Assembly: GCF_016432865.1 (NCBI RefSeq)
Contig: NC_067398.1
Location: 167,896,001 to 167,960,000 of the forward strand
Direction: 5' to 3'
DNA: 64,000 nucleotides
From: Antechinus flavipes
Lineage: Eukaryota
This document shows, piece by piece, positions 51,588-63,600 of the stretch (positions are counted from its first letter, which is position 1; each line of letters opens with the position of its first letter). The position numbers and the translations under genes are program-made. A model generated the notes under the pieces. That model did no database searches and had not been told where the DNA came from. It worked only from the letters and a program-made list of their open reading frames with translations.

Positions 51588-52519
51588 CTAGTGATTAGGG
51601 AAGAAGGCCTTAAGGTCTCCACCTTCCATTATACCCCCTGATCCAAAGATTAGGGTCTTTGATATTTTTGTTAATTCTTTTTTTATGCTAGGTTCAGACT
51701 GGTGGAGAGCACCAGTTATGGAGATCTAGGAATCTAGTAATCTACACAGATATTTCATTCAACACAGTAGTTAGTCTTACCAGCTTTGGACTTTATTAAA
51801 CTTAATGGGACTAACTGTATGTAGTCCCTTTTCTCTCCCTCTTCCCAAAGAGTTAGTAGAAGGATTGTATTCTCCCTCCCAAAGTATCTGGGGATATGGT
51901 TGAATGTTTATTCTTCCTGTATTTTTGAATTATATATCCCTTTGTAAAAGTTATGTTAAAGAGAACAATGGAATTGAGGCACTACTCACTGGGTTTCAAA
52001 ATGGAAGAAACAGTCAGTGGAGGAGGGATTTGAACTGATAGTAGAGAAATGAGATTCCCCAGTCTCCTCAGAGAACCCAGAGAACACAAGATGGAAGATT
52101 GGGTATAAAAGGTAACAGGTCCAGTCCTTGGAGAGTGGATCTCTTGTCATTTATGTTATAAAAATGTCAAGAAATCAATTTTTAAGATATCTGAAAGATG
52201 GAAAGATGCAAAATGACTTAAAATAATCAAGAATAGTGTTATTTAATGTTCTACCTCCAAAACTTCTCTCATATATGTCATTAAAACAATCATCAAGTAG
52301 AATCTATTCAAATTTACCATATATTTACTTCATCATCTCCATAGCATCTTTATGAGAATGAGCTATACATTTGGAAAGTATGTCTTTGATGAAAATATTA
52401 AAGTATGACAAGGGAACAGGCAGATTTTCATGAATGATTTTCTAAAAAAGAACATAGTCACTCACATAATTGAAAGGAAATCTTTCATTGTTTATTGCTA
52501 CTTAAATTTAAAATTAATT

Positions 52520-52840
52520 TGACTAGATTGTACTTGATTGTTGCCCTTTGTTCCCAAAAAGGACCAAAATGACATCACTATATTAGAGTAGAATTTGAGT
52601 GTATCCAATTGTGGCAAATCAGACTAATATAAGCTTGGAATGCTCTGCCACAAGTCAAATACAAATAATCCCAAAGAACATTTGGGGTGTCTTCTCTAAT
52701 GCTGCATATCTCATATTTTTTCTGAGCTAATTCTTCTTTGCTCATATAATCAATTTTAAAGTTTTTAAGAGAGACCTTGAGAGTGTCCTTGTATTGCTTT
52801 TTTTTAACTACACAGGGCAAGCACTCACTCCATTAGTAGC
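52520..52840 (-). mobile_element. RTE-derived element, 3' fragment
   Basis: ttgccctttgttcccaaaaaggaccaaaatgacatcactat...cagactaatataagcttggaatgctctgccac. Confidence 0.7.
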
Positions 52841-52929
52841 CATATTTTAGATAATGTCTATATCCTATCTAAGAGTTAGATAAGGAGTTGGGCCTAAAAT
52901 TGAATAGAAGGGAATCTACCCCTTCACAG

Positions 52930-53145
52930 AGGTGGGAAGTCGGTAGATGTTATATAATGTAGACGGTGTTGAATATTTTCAATGTATCTGTTGTGTTGAA
53001 TTTTTCTCCTTTTCTTTCTTTCCTTCCTTTAAAAAATACTGTTTGTTATTGGGATGGCTCTTTGTAGGGAAAGGGAATAGTATTCAGAGCAAATTGTGAG
53101 GATGTAAAAAATAAAAGATATCAGTAAAAACTTATTAAAAAAATT
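52930..53145 (+). mobile_element. Old L1 3' end
   Basis: tgttattgggatggctctttgtaggg...gatgtaaaaaataaaagatatcagtaaaaac. Confidence 0.6.
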
Positions 53146-53519
53146 TGAATGGAAGGGGAAGAGAATATACTAGATTATGTTTGGGGAAATGCACAATAAT
53201 TTAGTTAATTGTGCAGCCTTACAAATAAGTTTCAAAAATCAGTTGGTTTGCAAAAAAACAAAAAACAAAAAACAAAAAACAAACAAACAAACAAAAAAAA
53301 ACTAGCTGTCTACCAGATGGTTTACAAAATTTTCTGACACTTCCCTCTATTGTTTTAGTAGTAGACCATGCAGAGGCAATGTTAGGAGGGTGTTTTAAAA
53401 TTTTAATTAAATTCTCCCTTAACCATAGCTTACCTTCTTTTGGGTGAGCCTATTTTTTCTCAGTCTCACATTTGATTTGGTATAGAGAAATATTCCTACC
53501 TGCCCCCTCCAACTCCCTT

Positions 53520-53780
53520 CCCTGGTAATATACTTCAGATAATTTAATTTTCTTTTCTTTTTGAGAAAAAAATAAACCTTACACATAAGAAATCTTTAAA
53601 GGAATACAGTCTGTGTCCTTTAGTTTTCTCAGAGGAGAAAAAAAAATACTGAATGGATAATGTTCTTTAAACATTTAAACATTAACTTTTAAAAGAAACA
53701 CTTTAGTGGTGCCTTGAGAATGAGCTTCAAAAAGTCCACGAACCTCATGGGATTCATTTATCAGATTTATTCACAGAATA
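53520..53780 (+). repeat. Copy 1 of a diverged local duplication
   Basis: Collinear with 54984-55236 (ccctggtaatatact...ttgagaaaaaaa...aatctttaaaggaa...tgagaatga...agatttat). Confidence 0.85.
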
Positions 53781-53919
53781 GATATTGTGTCCTTTCTTCT
53801 TTTTCCTTTCTTTTCCCTTTCATTTCCTTCCTTCCTTCCTACCTTCTTTCCTTCCTTCCTTACCTCATGGAATTCATTTATCAGATTTATCCACAGAATA
53901 GATATTGTGCCCTTTCTTC
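53742..53919 (+). repeat. 58-bp direct repeat with 120-bp period, separated by (TTCC)n
   Basis: 53742-53799 versus 53862-53919, 3 mismatches. Confidence 0.92.
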
Positions 53920-53922
53920 CTT

Positions 53923-54231
53923 NNNNNNNNNNNNNNNNNNNNNNNNNNNNNNNNNNNNNNNNNNNNNNNNNNNNNNNNNNNNNNNNNNNNNNNNNNNNNN
54001 NNNNNNNNNNNNNNNNNNNNNNNNNNNNNNNNNNNNNNNNNNNNNNNNNNNNNNNNNNNNNNNNNNNNNNNNNNNNNNNNNNNNNNNNNNNNNNNNNNNN
54101 NNNNNNNNNNNNNNNNNNNNNNNNNNNNNNNNNNNNNNNNNNNNNNNNNNNNNNNNNNNNNNNNNNNNNNNNNNNNNNNNNNNNNNNNNNNNNNNNNNNN
54201 NNNNNNNNNNNNNNNNNNNNNNNNNNNNNNN
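53923..54231. other. Assembly gap (N run)
   Basis: N bases. Confidence 0.99.
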
Positions 54232-54764
54232 AAAGAAAAGGACAAGTGAAGCCTTCTTCCAGCAAACTGGTCAGTTAGCTTTTATAGAAAACAAGTGAGA
54301 CATTGACTAGGATGAACAATATCATCAGTTGCTTGCCCTCAAAGAGCTTCTACTACAGCAACAATCACGGTCTACAATGTGGCCAGACCAGTGAAATAGC
54401 TGAAAGACATGTTTGAATGAAAAATATAACAAAATAGTTTTTGGTTTGGTTACATAGAGTCTGGTTTCTGTTTTTACTGTCTCCCATCAACCTGCACTTA
54501 ATCTTACATCCCATTAGTACTTTCTCATCAGCTCTCACACAGGCATCTATGTAGAGACAATTAGTCTCTATATTCTCATTAAGGCAGAATTCAATAAAAA
54601 TCTATCCTTTTCAGAGAGCCAAGTAAAAGCTGGCCATGAATTATTGAATTATCATGAAAAACTGGTGTGATGTGAATGATATATTTCCAGCACCGCCTGG
54701 CAGTCAGACTGTTTCCAGTATCATCAATGTAGATTGTATGATAACTTTCTTTGTTCATTTGTAG

Positions 54765-54853
54765 GGTGTGAGAGCAAGCTGGATAGAAGATGAGAACAAG
54801 GAAGCTATATGCTTCTCAGCAAAAGGCTTTCCCAGAGCAAAGGACTAGACAAG
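54765..54853 (+). other. Candidate non-coding exon (89 bp)
   Basis: Acceptor tttctttgttcatttgtag, donor AAG|gtaacc; stop codons in all three frames. Confidence 0.2.
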
Positions 54854-54983
54854 GTAACCATTCATAAGTAACTTAATCTCATTAGGGCCAATTAAACAAA
54901 AACTGGGTGGTACTCAGATGTCAGATATTTGTGTTATTTTAATGAATTTTCTTTCTTTTCTGACCATAGGAACTCTTCTCTGG

Positions 54984-55236
54984 CCCTGGTAATATACTGA
55001 AGACAAATTACTTTCCTTTTTGAGAAAAAAAGCTTACATATAAGGAATCTTTAAAGGAACAGTCAATGCTCTTTAGTTCTCCCAAAGGAGAAAAAAAATC
55101 CTGAAGGGATAACTGTTCTTCCACCACTAACTTTTTAAAAAGAAAAAAAAAAAAACATTAGTGCTGTCTTTGAGAATGAACTTCAGAGAGTCTGTGAGTT
55201 TCATGGAGTTCACCTATGAGATTTATCCACAAAATA
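54984..55236 (+). repeat. Copy 2 of a diverged local duplication
   Basis: Collinear with 53520-53780, with many substitutions and indels. Confidence 0.85.
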
Positions 55237-55280
55237 AATTGAAAGGTAGTAAACAGGGATTGGATTCTTCCTTCCCCCTT

Positions 55281-55450
55281 NNNNNNNNNNNNNNNNNNNN
55301 NNNNNNNNNNNNNNNNNNNNNNNNNNNNNNNNNNNNNNNNNNNNNNNNNNNNNNNNNNNNNNNNNNNNNNNNNNNNNNNNNNNNNNNNNNNNNNNNNNNN
55401 NNNNNNNNNNNNNNNNNNNNNNNNNNNNNNNNNNNNNNNNNNNNNNNNNN
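55281..55450. other. Assembly gap (N run)
   Basis: N bases. Confidence 0.99.
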
Positions 55451-56049
55451 TGGACTAAAGGAGCCTTATGCAAGAATTGTGATACCACTTCTGACATAGT
55501 TTGAAAAACAGATTAAATTGACTGGGAGTTGAGGCAAGGAAAGGGTGACATTGTTTCTCCACATAAGTTCTGAGTTTATGAGGACTGTGGTAGAGGGAAA
55601 AAATGTGATCCCATAAAAATGAAAGGTTTTCTAATTTACAGCATTTCCATTTCTCTGACATCCTCCTAAGTCTGTGTTATAGTGTTCTTCCTTGACAACA
55701 GGTTGCAGGTGGAAATCAAAACTTTAGTTAACACTAGAAGAGTCAAGTCTTTTGAAGAGATAGATACATACATATACATATGCATATTCATATATGTGTG
55801 TATGTCTATCTATCTATCTAAATCAGCAATCTCTTTCAGCATTAAAAACAATGATCATAGACTCATAGGATCCTAGATTTAGGAGTGAAATGAACTTTAG
55901 GAACATTCTGATCCAACCAAGTCATTTTATAGAAAAGAAAACAAGAGAAGATGAATGATTTAGCTCAGTTCACACAGGTAATTGTGTCACAGGTAATTCT
56001 CAAACCTAAATCCTCTGTCTTCTACTGTACTATTCCAGTTGGACAATGC

Positions 56050-56605
56050 AGCTCCTCCCTCCCTTTCTTCCCTCCTTCCTTCCCTCCTTTCCTTCTTTCT
56101 TCCTTTTCTCCTCCTCTCCTTTCTTCTTTCCCCTTTCCTTCCCTCCTTCCTTCCTCCTTCCTCCCCTTCTCTTCATCCTCTTTTTTCTATCCACAAAGTG
56201 AATGATACTCTTACCTATGGGGACTGATCTCTGAACCCTAGCAAGATATCTTGGGATTTACAGGTTAGATTTCTTTTTATTAACCATGCCTTAAAATCAA
56301 TTTACTCTGACTCTCATTGATTGACCCTTATAAGGGCTCAAATCTCACTTGGTCCTTGTTTGGATTTGATTGGATTTGATGGTTCAGAATGAGTGTAAAC
56401 AGCAACTATTTCTATTTTGGCTAGAAACCCCGATTTTCTTTTCCCTCCCAGATTGATTTCTTTTTCTTTTCTTTCCTTTTCATTCCTTTTTCTTTCTTTT
56501 CCTTCCTTCCTTCCTTCTTGCTTTCCTTCTCTCCCGCCTTCCTCTTTCTATTTATTTCTCCTTCTCCTTCTTCTGCTTCTGCTTCTGCTTCTTCTGCTTC
56601 TTCCC
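56050..56605. repeat. Two CT-rich low-complexity/microsatellite tracts (about 56050-56190 and 56430-56605)
   Basis: (TTCC)n, (CTT)n and (CTTCTG)n runs. Confidence 0.9.
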
Positions 56606-56609
56606 AGGT

Positions 56610-56845
56610 AAAGAGACCATTCTTTGTCTCATTTTTACCTAACCTTATTTACTGGATTGGTTCTGCCTCAGACAAACTGAGTCCTAGGAAAGATCTTACC
56701 TTAAAAAGACCAAGGTCTCCTATTGCATCTTGGGCCACGTCCAGTTGTCCAGGTCTATATCTTGCCACTGAACCCAGATGGCTCCTAAATAGTGAGGCTG
56801 GTGATTTTGAACGGCCTTCTCTCAGTTAAATCTAATTAACTACCA
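56610..56845 (-). mobile_element. RTE-related SINE (WALLSI/RTESINE-like)
   Basis: aaaaagaccaaggtctcctattgcatcttgggccac...ccactgaacccagatggctc...gtgaggctggtga. Confidence 0.75.
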
Positions 56846-58099
56846 AGTTATGACAGCTTCTTGATGTCAAGATCTTCTTTGAAAATGAAGAATAAGCAAG
56901 AACTGTGGGTGTGGCCCAGTGTCATGGTAGATTTAAAACAGGAAAGGAGAAAGCAGAGAGAAGAGAGAGAGGGGCAGAAGAGGGAAGAGGAGGGAAGAGC
57001 AAGTATTGCATTTGGTAACTGGTGATTGTTCTGATTGCTCTTGGGTATTATGATCACAATAGGCAACTGGCATTTTTAGACAAAATATTTCATTATATCC
57101 ATCTAGACTTGACTCATATTCTGTGATAATTTAGCTAGCCTTGTGATATAGTCTCCAAGATTCCTGTAGTACCATATGAGATGGCCTAAAGGAGCTGCTT
57201 TTGAGAAAAATGGAAGGCCATATGCCAAAAGAAGCATCACTCTGTATCAAATATTTCCTACTCCGCTTCTTTGCTATGTAGACAAGTACTGTAGGGCGTG
57301 AAAAGTAATTCTGGTGCCAAATAAGACAGTGTGGTTGGAAAACACTTGCTGCAGAGAGAAATAGCTCTGGGTTTAGAGGCTAAATCGACTCACTGTACAG
57401 ACAGAACTGTTGTCATAGATTCAATAGGACGTATATTCATGGGGATAGCCAACAGCCTATTTTACAAATTACAGCATTCTACTGTCCCAGATTTATTGCA
57501 ATGGCTTAACTTTTTTTTACTCATATACTTTTGTTTTGACACAAAAGGCAGTTCCCAGAAATCCACAAAACAAACTATTCAAAGTACATTCCCTGAAACA
57601 CTGAAGAAAAACTATGTAATATTGTAATAATGACTGATGACATATGTCACTTGTCACTTGTAGTCTATTGTTGCTTACTGAAAAGAAGGATGTGTGTTTC
57701 AATTTCTATAGTACAGAGCCTTGAATACTTTCTGAATCTGAATGTGTAGAGAAATTTCAGTGTGGAAATGCCTCTTGTCAATGAGGATTGAACCCTTAAC
57801 TACAAGTTATAATCTTAGAGAGATATTGAGGAAACTGCAAGGTTAAGTGACTTTTTGGGGAGGTGTTCCACAATTAGTATATGCTGACAACAGGGCAGGA
57901 TTGAATTAGCAATTTTTGATTCTAAAGCTTGTCACTAGCAAATTTCAAAAGAAGGAAAAAGTTACTGTTAGGGGAAATAACATATACCCTTATAAGTAAA
58001 TAGAAGTATAGAGAAGTCAAATACAAAGTCATATCAGAAAATGTTTTATGTAGGAGACAACAATTTGAGCTTTGATTGAAGGTCAGCTCATGAAAAGTA

Positions 58100-58430
58100 G
58101 TGTGAAGATGGAATACACTGACTGGAAACATCCATTTCTTTCCCATGTCCTCTCCTTCCATTGTTGAGTTCCTTTTGTATCATCCTTTTTTGGGAATGGG
58201 ACCATACAAGCCATGCTTCTTTCCCTCCCAGCGCTGGTATTAACTTAAAACTTTGCCAACATGCTATTTTCTGCTCTCTCACCTTTTCCCTGCCCCCTGA
58301 TTCAGCTCCTTTTTATGTTATTTTTCTCCATTAAAATATAAGCTCTTTGAGGGAAAAGACTATCTTTCTTTTTGTATGCAATTATGTGCCTGACACAGAG
58401 TAAACACTTAATAAATGCTTATTACTTTGT
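58100..58430 (+). mobile_element. L2 3' end
   Basis: tataagctctttgagggaaaagactatc...gtgcctgacacagagtaaacacttaataaatgc. Confidence 0.75.
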
Positions 58431-58589
58431 TGCATTGTCTTCTGATATATAAAAGAGAAATAATCTAAGCAAAGCAGAAGTGAGAGATGGGAACTAAGCA
58501 GACCAATTCTTGCACAATGAGAAGTAATGAATAATCACCCTGGGAAAGGTAGACTAGAGTTACACTCTTAGACTATGTTTCTGTTATTT

Positions 58590-59075
58590 GTTTGTCATTT
58601 AATTTGATTTCTTCAAATGAAAAAAATATATATTTTCTCTTTTATACATTCCTCCTCCTCTGCCCAACATTGCAAAATAGAGAGTAACAATAGTCAAGCA
58701 AAACAGATTTCTACATTGGCCATTCTCAAAAAAATATTTTTCATTTTGTACTACTAATACATGACCTCCCATGTATTTCTGAGGAATGTATTTAAAGGCC
58801 TTTTTTTTAAATCCTCGAAGCAATAAGGACATTCTATAGGCTTGACAAACATCAATAAGCATGGCCTTATACAAAGAGTATAGAAAAAGAAATTAAACAT
58901 GAGTAATATGTTTTGTAAAATTGAAAATGTGAACTCTATAACAATGACTTACTGTTTAGGGAGGCAGGAGGTAAAGGAGGGAGAAAGAACATTTGGAATG
59001 CAAAAAAAAATTTTAAGTGAATGTTAAAAATTGTCTTTACATATTATTTGGGAAAATATTATTCAAAAAAGAAAT
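58590..59075. mobile_element. Old L1 3' end fragments in opposite orientations
   Basis: Minus fragment about 58590-58890; plus fragment about 58900-59075 (aatgttaaaaattgtctttacatattatttggg). Confidence 0.6.
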
Positions 59076-59629
59076 TATATGTGAAACCATGGATCTTATA
59101 GTTTGATCCTTTTTAAAAGTATATCATAATTTTAATATGGTATTATAAAAGTACCTTATTTTTCTTTATTTTTGAACTTTGTTCTTTTTTTCTTCTCTGT
59201 TTGTGTGTCTGTAAATGTTTCATTGCTTTTCTTTTTCTCTTACAACCCCTCCAACAACCATTATTTTTCTTTTTTATCACTTTGGCTATTTTGATAGATC
59301 TGAGACAGAACTTCTGAATTGTTTTTTAATGTACATGATTATTAGTCACAGTGCTATATCTGTTAAACAGTTATCTCTAAGAGAAAAATAATGCACAACA
59401 TTTAGGGAAAAATAAGAAAGATTCTCCAACTGCTTACAGATTATAGGTAATACAATAACATACACTATATGCGTGTATATATATACACACACATATACCA
59501 TAAAGGATGCAATGTATGAAGCCCTCCAACCTTTGAAATATGGCAGATTCAAGCTATTTTGACTTATGTTTTTCATGCCTTTTTGCCATCATTCTAATTT
59601 TAAGATCACATGGTAAGGACTTAATAAAA

Positions 59630-59900
59630 GCCCCTTCCCTCTTCCTTCCTTCTTTCCTTCCTTCCTTCCTTCCTTTCTTCCTTCCTTCCTCCCTCCCTCT
59701 CTCCCTCCCTTCTTTCTCTTCTTCCTACCCCTCCCACCATCCCTCCTTTCTTCCCTCCTTTCTTTCCTTCCTCCCTTTTTGCTCATTTCTTCCTTCTCTC
59801 CCTCTCCTCCTTCCTACTTTTCTCTCTTTCTCCCTTCTTTCCTTATCTTGACTTATTGTTTACCCTCACAATATCCTTTTTTCTTCAGTTCCTTTCTTCC
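59630..59900. repeat. CT-rich low-complexity tract
   Basis: (TTCC)n-like; source of the PSFL and GRKE ORFs. Confidence 0.95.
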
Positions 59901-60129
59901 TTATTCTATCAGAGATCTTGCCCTGTCAAGTTTCAGCCTTGAATTACTTCCATCATTCTCTGTCTTGCAGAGGATTCATATACTGGAATGAAACTGGATA
60001 AAACTATGAAACTATACTTATTGAGTCCACTATATTGATGTTGCATAAGAATATCCCTAATTGTCTGATTTACTATAATGAGTTTTAAAAATCTTATCTG
60101 AGAAACTTGCCTTATATTTTGTAGAATAA

Positions 60130-62420
60130 ATTGAAATCATTCTTCAAAATTTATCTTTTCTTCCTTCCTTCTTGTTTTATCATGCAGACATTTTTTTTTG
60201 CCACGATTTCTACTTTCACCTTGTTTCACAAGATGAGGGAGCTTTTCTTATTGCCAAAAGAAACTCCTCTATATGCATATTTAATTTCATTAGATCCTGT
60301 TTTCTCTAACAGATTGCTTACTTTGTCATGCCCACATTCATCTCCAACATCTCCCCATTTATGGACTACCTTCTATCTTTATCATCTTAAAAAAAATCAC
60401 TAGGTCAATCCATCCCTGCTAGCTATCTTCACATATTTTTACCTCCATTTTGTGGCTAGATGCCTTAAAAAGAACTTTTATAATTGTCTGCATTTCCTGT
60501 TCTCATGTTCCCTTACCAATTTTCTGCAGAATATCTTCCAGTCTCATAATTCAACCAAAACTTCTCTCTGCAAAGCTATCAATTATCTCGTAATTGTTGA
60601 ATCTAATGGGCTTTTTTGTAATCCTTATATTTTTGACATCTTAAGTCTTTGACAGTGTCTCTTGATATTCTCTCTTCTATAGGTTTACATGATTTAATTC
60701 TGATCTAGTTCTCTAACCTGTCTGACTTCTCCCTTTCAGTTTTATTGGATGTATCTTCATCCAAAGCATACCTGCTAATAGTGGGTGACCCTTAGGACTT
60801 ATGTCTTCAGATCTCTTTTTTTCTTTGTATATACTATTTTATTTTTTAATCTCATTAGCTCCCTTGGTTTCAATGTTTATCTCTATGCCTATGAATTTTT
60901 TTGTTAAACGTGGTAGAAATATATGTTAAATCCAATATATGTATATATATTTATATTATCTTTCTACACAATAAAAATCAAACCAAACAGGAGAAAAAAT
61001 AAGAAAGAAAATAAAATGCAAGCAAACAACAACAAAAAGAGTGAAAATGCTATGGTATAGCACTCTCAGTTCCCACAGTCCTCTCTCTGGGTCAAAATCA
61101 TTGGAATTGGTCTGAATCATTTCATTGTTGAAGAGAACCATGTCCATCAGAATTGATCATCATATAGTCTTGTTGTTGCCATGTATAATGATCTCCTGTT
61201 TCTGCTCATTTCACTCAGCATCAGTTCATGTAAGTCTCTCCAGGCCTCTCTGCAATCATCTTGCTGATTATTTCTTATAGACCAATAATATTTCCTAACA
61301 TTCATATATCATAACTTATTCAGCCATTTTCCAAATGATGGGCATCCACTCAGTTTTCAGTTTCTTGCCACTACAAAAAGGGCTGACACAAACATTTTTG
61401 CATATGTAGGTTCTTTCCCTCCTTTAAGATTTCTTTGGATACAGGCCCACAGAAACCCTGCCGGATAAAAGGGTGTAGACAGTTTGATTAACTCTTTGGG
61501 CATAGTTCCAAATTGCTCTCTAGAATGTTGAATCTTTTCACAATTCCACCAACAATGTATCAGTGTCCCAGTTTTCCCATCCCCTCCAACATTCTTCATT
61601 ATCTTTTCTTATCATCTTAGCCAATTTGAGAGGTGTGTAGTGGTACCTCAGAGTTGTCTTAGTTTACATTTTTCTGATCAATATGATTGAGAGCATTTCC
61701 TTATATGACTATAAATCGTTTCACTTTCTTCATCTGAAAATTGTCTGTTCATATCCTTTGACTATTTATCAATTGGAGAATGTATGCCTGTGATTTTTAT
61801 ATCAACTTAACCAGTTCTAACCTTTCCCTTTGCCTGACCCACACACCAAATTGGCCATCTTCAACTGGACATCCATTAACATCTGACACTCAGGATATCT
61901 AAAACAGAACTCATTATTTCCCCCCAGAAAAACTCTCCCTCCCAATTTCTGAACTTACCTAATACTGTTAAAATCTCACAATCATTCCAATCATCTAATC
62001 TCACACCTTTGATATCATCTTTAATTCTTCACTTTCCTTCATCCCTTGTATTCAATTTCTTGCTATAACCTGTCAATTCTATCTTTCCAACAACTCCCAC
62101 ACATAACTCTTCTCTGCTCAGATACTGCTCCATTCTTGTTCAGGTTCTAATCACTTCATGACTGGACCATTGCCAACAACCTGCTGGTTGATCTCTCTGT
62201 CTTAAATTTCTCTCTCCTCTGGTTCATTCTCTATTAAGCTACCAATACGATCTCCCTAAATACAGGTCTGACCATGTCATCTCCAATCCTATTCAATAAA
62301 CTCCAGAGGTTCCCTATCTCCTCCAGGATAAAATTTAAACTTCCCTGTTTGGTTTTTAAAGCTTGATATAACCTAGACTCTTTCTGTCTTTCCAGTCTTA
62401 TACTTTACTTACCCTGATCA
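60130..62420 (+). mobile_element. L2 remnant interrupted by an L1 (L2 parts about 60130-60894 and 61783-62420)
   Basis: Collinear L2 motifs on both sides of the L1 (ctcattagctcccttggtttcaat...ctctatgc; ccatcttcaactggacatcc...aaaacagaactcatt). Confidence 0.75.
60895..61782 (-). mobile_element. 5'-truncated L1 (ORF2 C-terminus and 3' UTR)
   Basis: ORF 61357..61599 contains GKTGTLIHCWWNC; TSD tatgcct(a/g)tga at 60884 and 61783. Confidence 0.93.
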
Positions 62421-62522
62421 TCTGACTCTTTATCCTATGCTTCTGTCATAATATTCAATTACCAAAATAAGGAATATTTTTTCTCTTTTTAATCCCCTCT
62501 CTAATAATACTAAGTTGTAGTA

Positions 62523-62535
62523 AGGTTAAAGGTCA
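62523..62535 (+). promoter_or_regulatory. DR1 nuclear receptor motif
   Basis: AGGTTA-A-AGGTCA; a further GGGTCA half-site at 62562. Confidence 0.25.
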
Positions 62536-62789
62536 AAGGAATTTGATCAAATCTTTTTTATGGGTCAAGTTGGGCAGATTTAAAAGAAGCCAAGCATTCC
62601 TTCCAAGGAATTTATGGGACTGTGGATTGCAAGCACATTAGGGACATCCAACAATGTTTCTTAAGTGACTATCTGCTTATTTTAAGAGATGTTAGTTCTT
62701 TCCATTTTGATCATTATATTTCTCTTTCACTTCTTGGCAAAGAAGAATATAATAAAAGATTACTTTATTTTCAAAAGAATATGATCTTT

Positions 62790-63260
62790 CCAAAAGTAAC
62801 TGAATATTGTGGATGACTACAATAGTAATGGCCTCAAAACTATGTCATACCTTCAGACTTGAAGGAAGTCCAGATGTTGAGTCTGAGGAAAGGGGGGAAA
62901 AAGAAAACTATGATAGTTATCTTCAAATATTTGGACTGTCCTATGGAAGGGGGATTAGATTTGTTCTTGGCTTCAGAGAAGATAACTATGATCACTGGGT
63001 TATCATTATAGGAAGTCAAATTTAATTCTGAAAAAGAAAACACTTCCTAATAATCAGAGATGTTGAAAAACTAAATGAACTTCTTTGTGAGAAAATAGTT
63101 TTGCCATCACTGTACATATTTAATGTATCACCACTCTTTGGAGCTATTAGAAATTTTTTAGAAATATTAGAAATTAGAAATTCATCCACTAGGTAAGGAA
63201 TCAGAATAGATAATTTCTATGACACCTTCCAGCTCTAGAATTCTGTCATTCTATGATACA
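62790..63260 (+). mobile_element. L3/CR1 3' end
   Basis: tcttcaaatatttgg...gacaccttccagctctagaattctgtcattctatgat. Confidence 0.8.
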
Positions 63261-63399
63261 TGAATTTTTTTTGAAAAGTTTCATTGAAAAATTTACTTTT
63301 ATTTACCATTTTAAAATTAAAATCTACTATTTATCCTTTTATTTTTCTTCTGAAGTCAATTTTCATTTATTTTTAAATACATCCTATAACCAGAGATAG

Positions 63400-63600
63400 C
63401 TTTGTATATAGGAAGAAGAGTGACCCTGGAATCATGAGAGAACACGAGAGACTTCTGACCCCAGCTGTGCTGCTAGCATGTCATTTTTGAATTTTAACTT
63501 TTCTGAACTTTAATTTCTCAAGTTGTAAAAGGGAGAGTGAGCTAATGCATGTTAAGTACAAAGGCTTAAAATGCCTTTGAATGCCAATTATATTTATTAT
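63400..63600 (+). mobile_element. MIR remnant
   Basis: ctggaatcatgagag...ttaatttctcaagttgtaaaaggg. Confidence 0.55.

Noticed and set aside
57331-57627. 98-aa plus-strand ORF
   Set aside because: Starts at GTG, has no recognisable similarity, and has an AT-rich low-information 3' half.
450-63043. Most ORFs in the six-frame track as genes
   Set aside because: They are short, derive from microsatellites, CT/GA tracts, N runs or decayed repeats, and show no recognisable domains.
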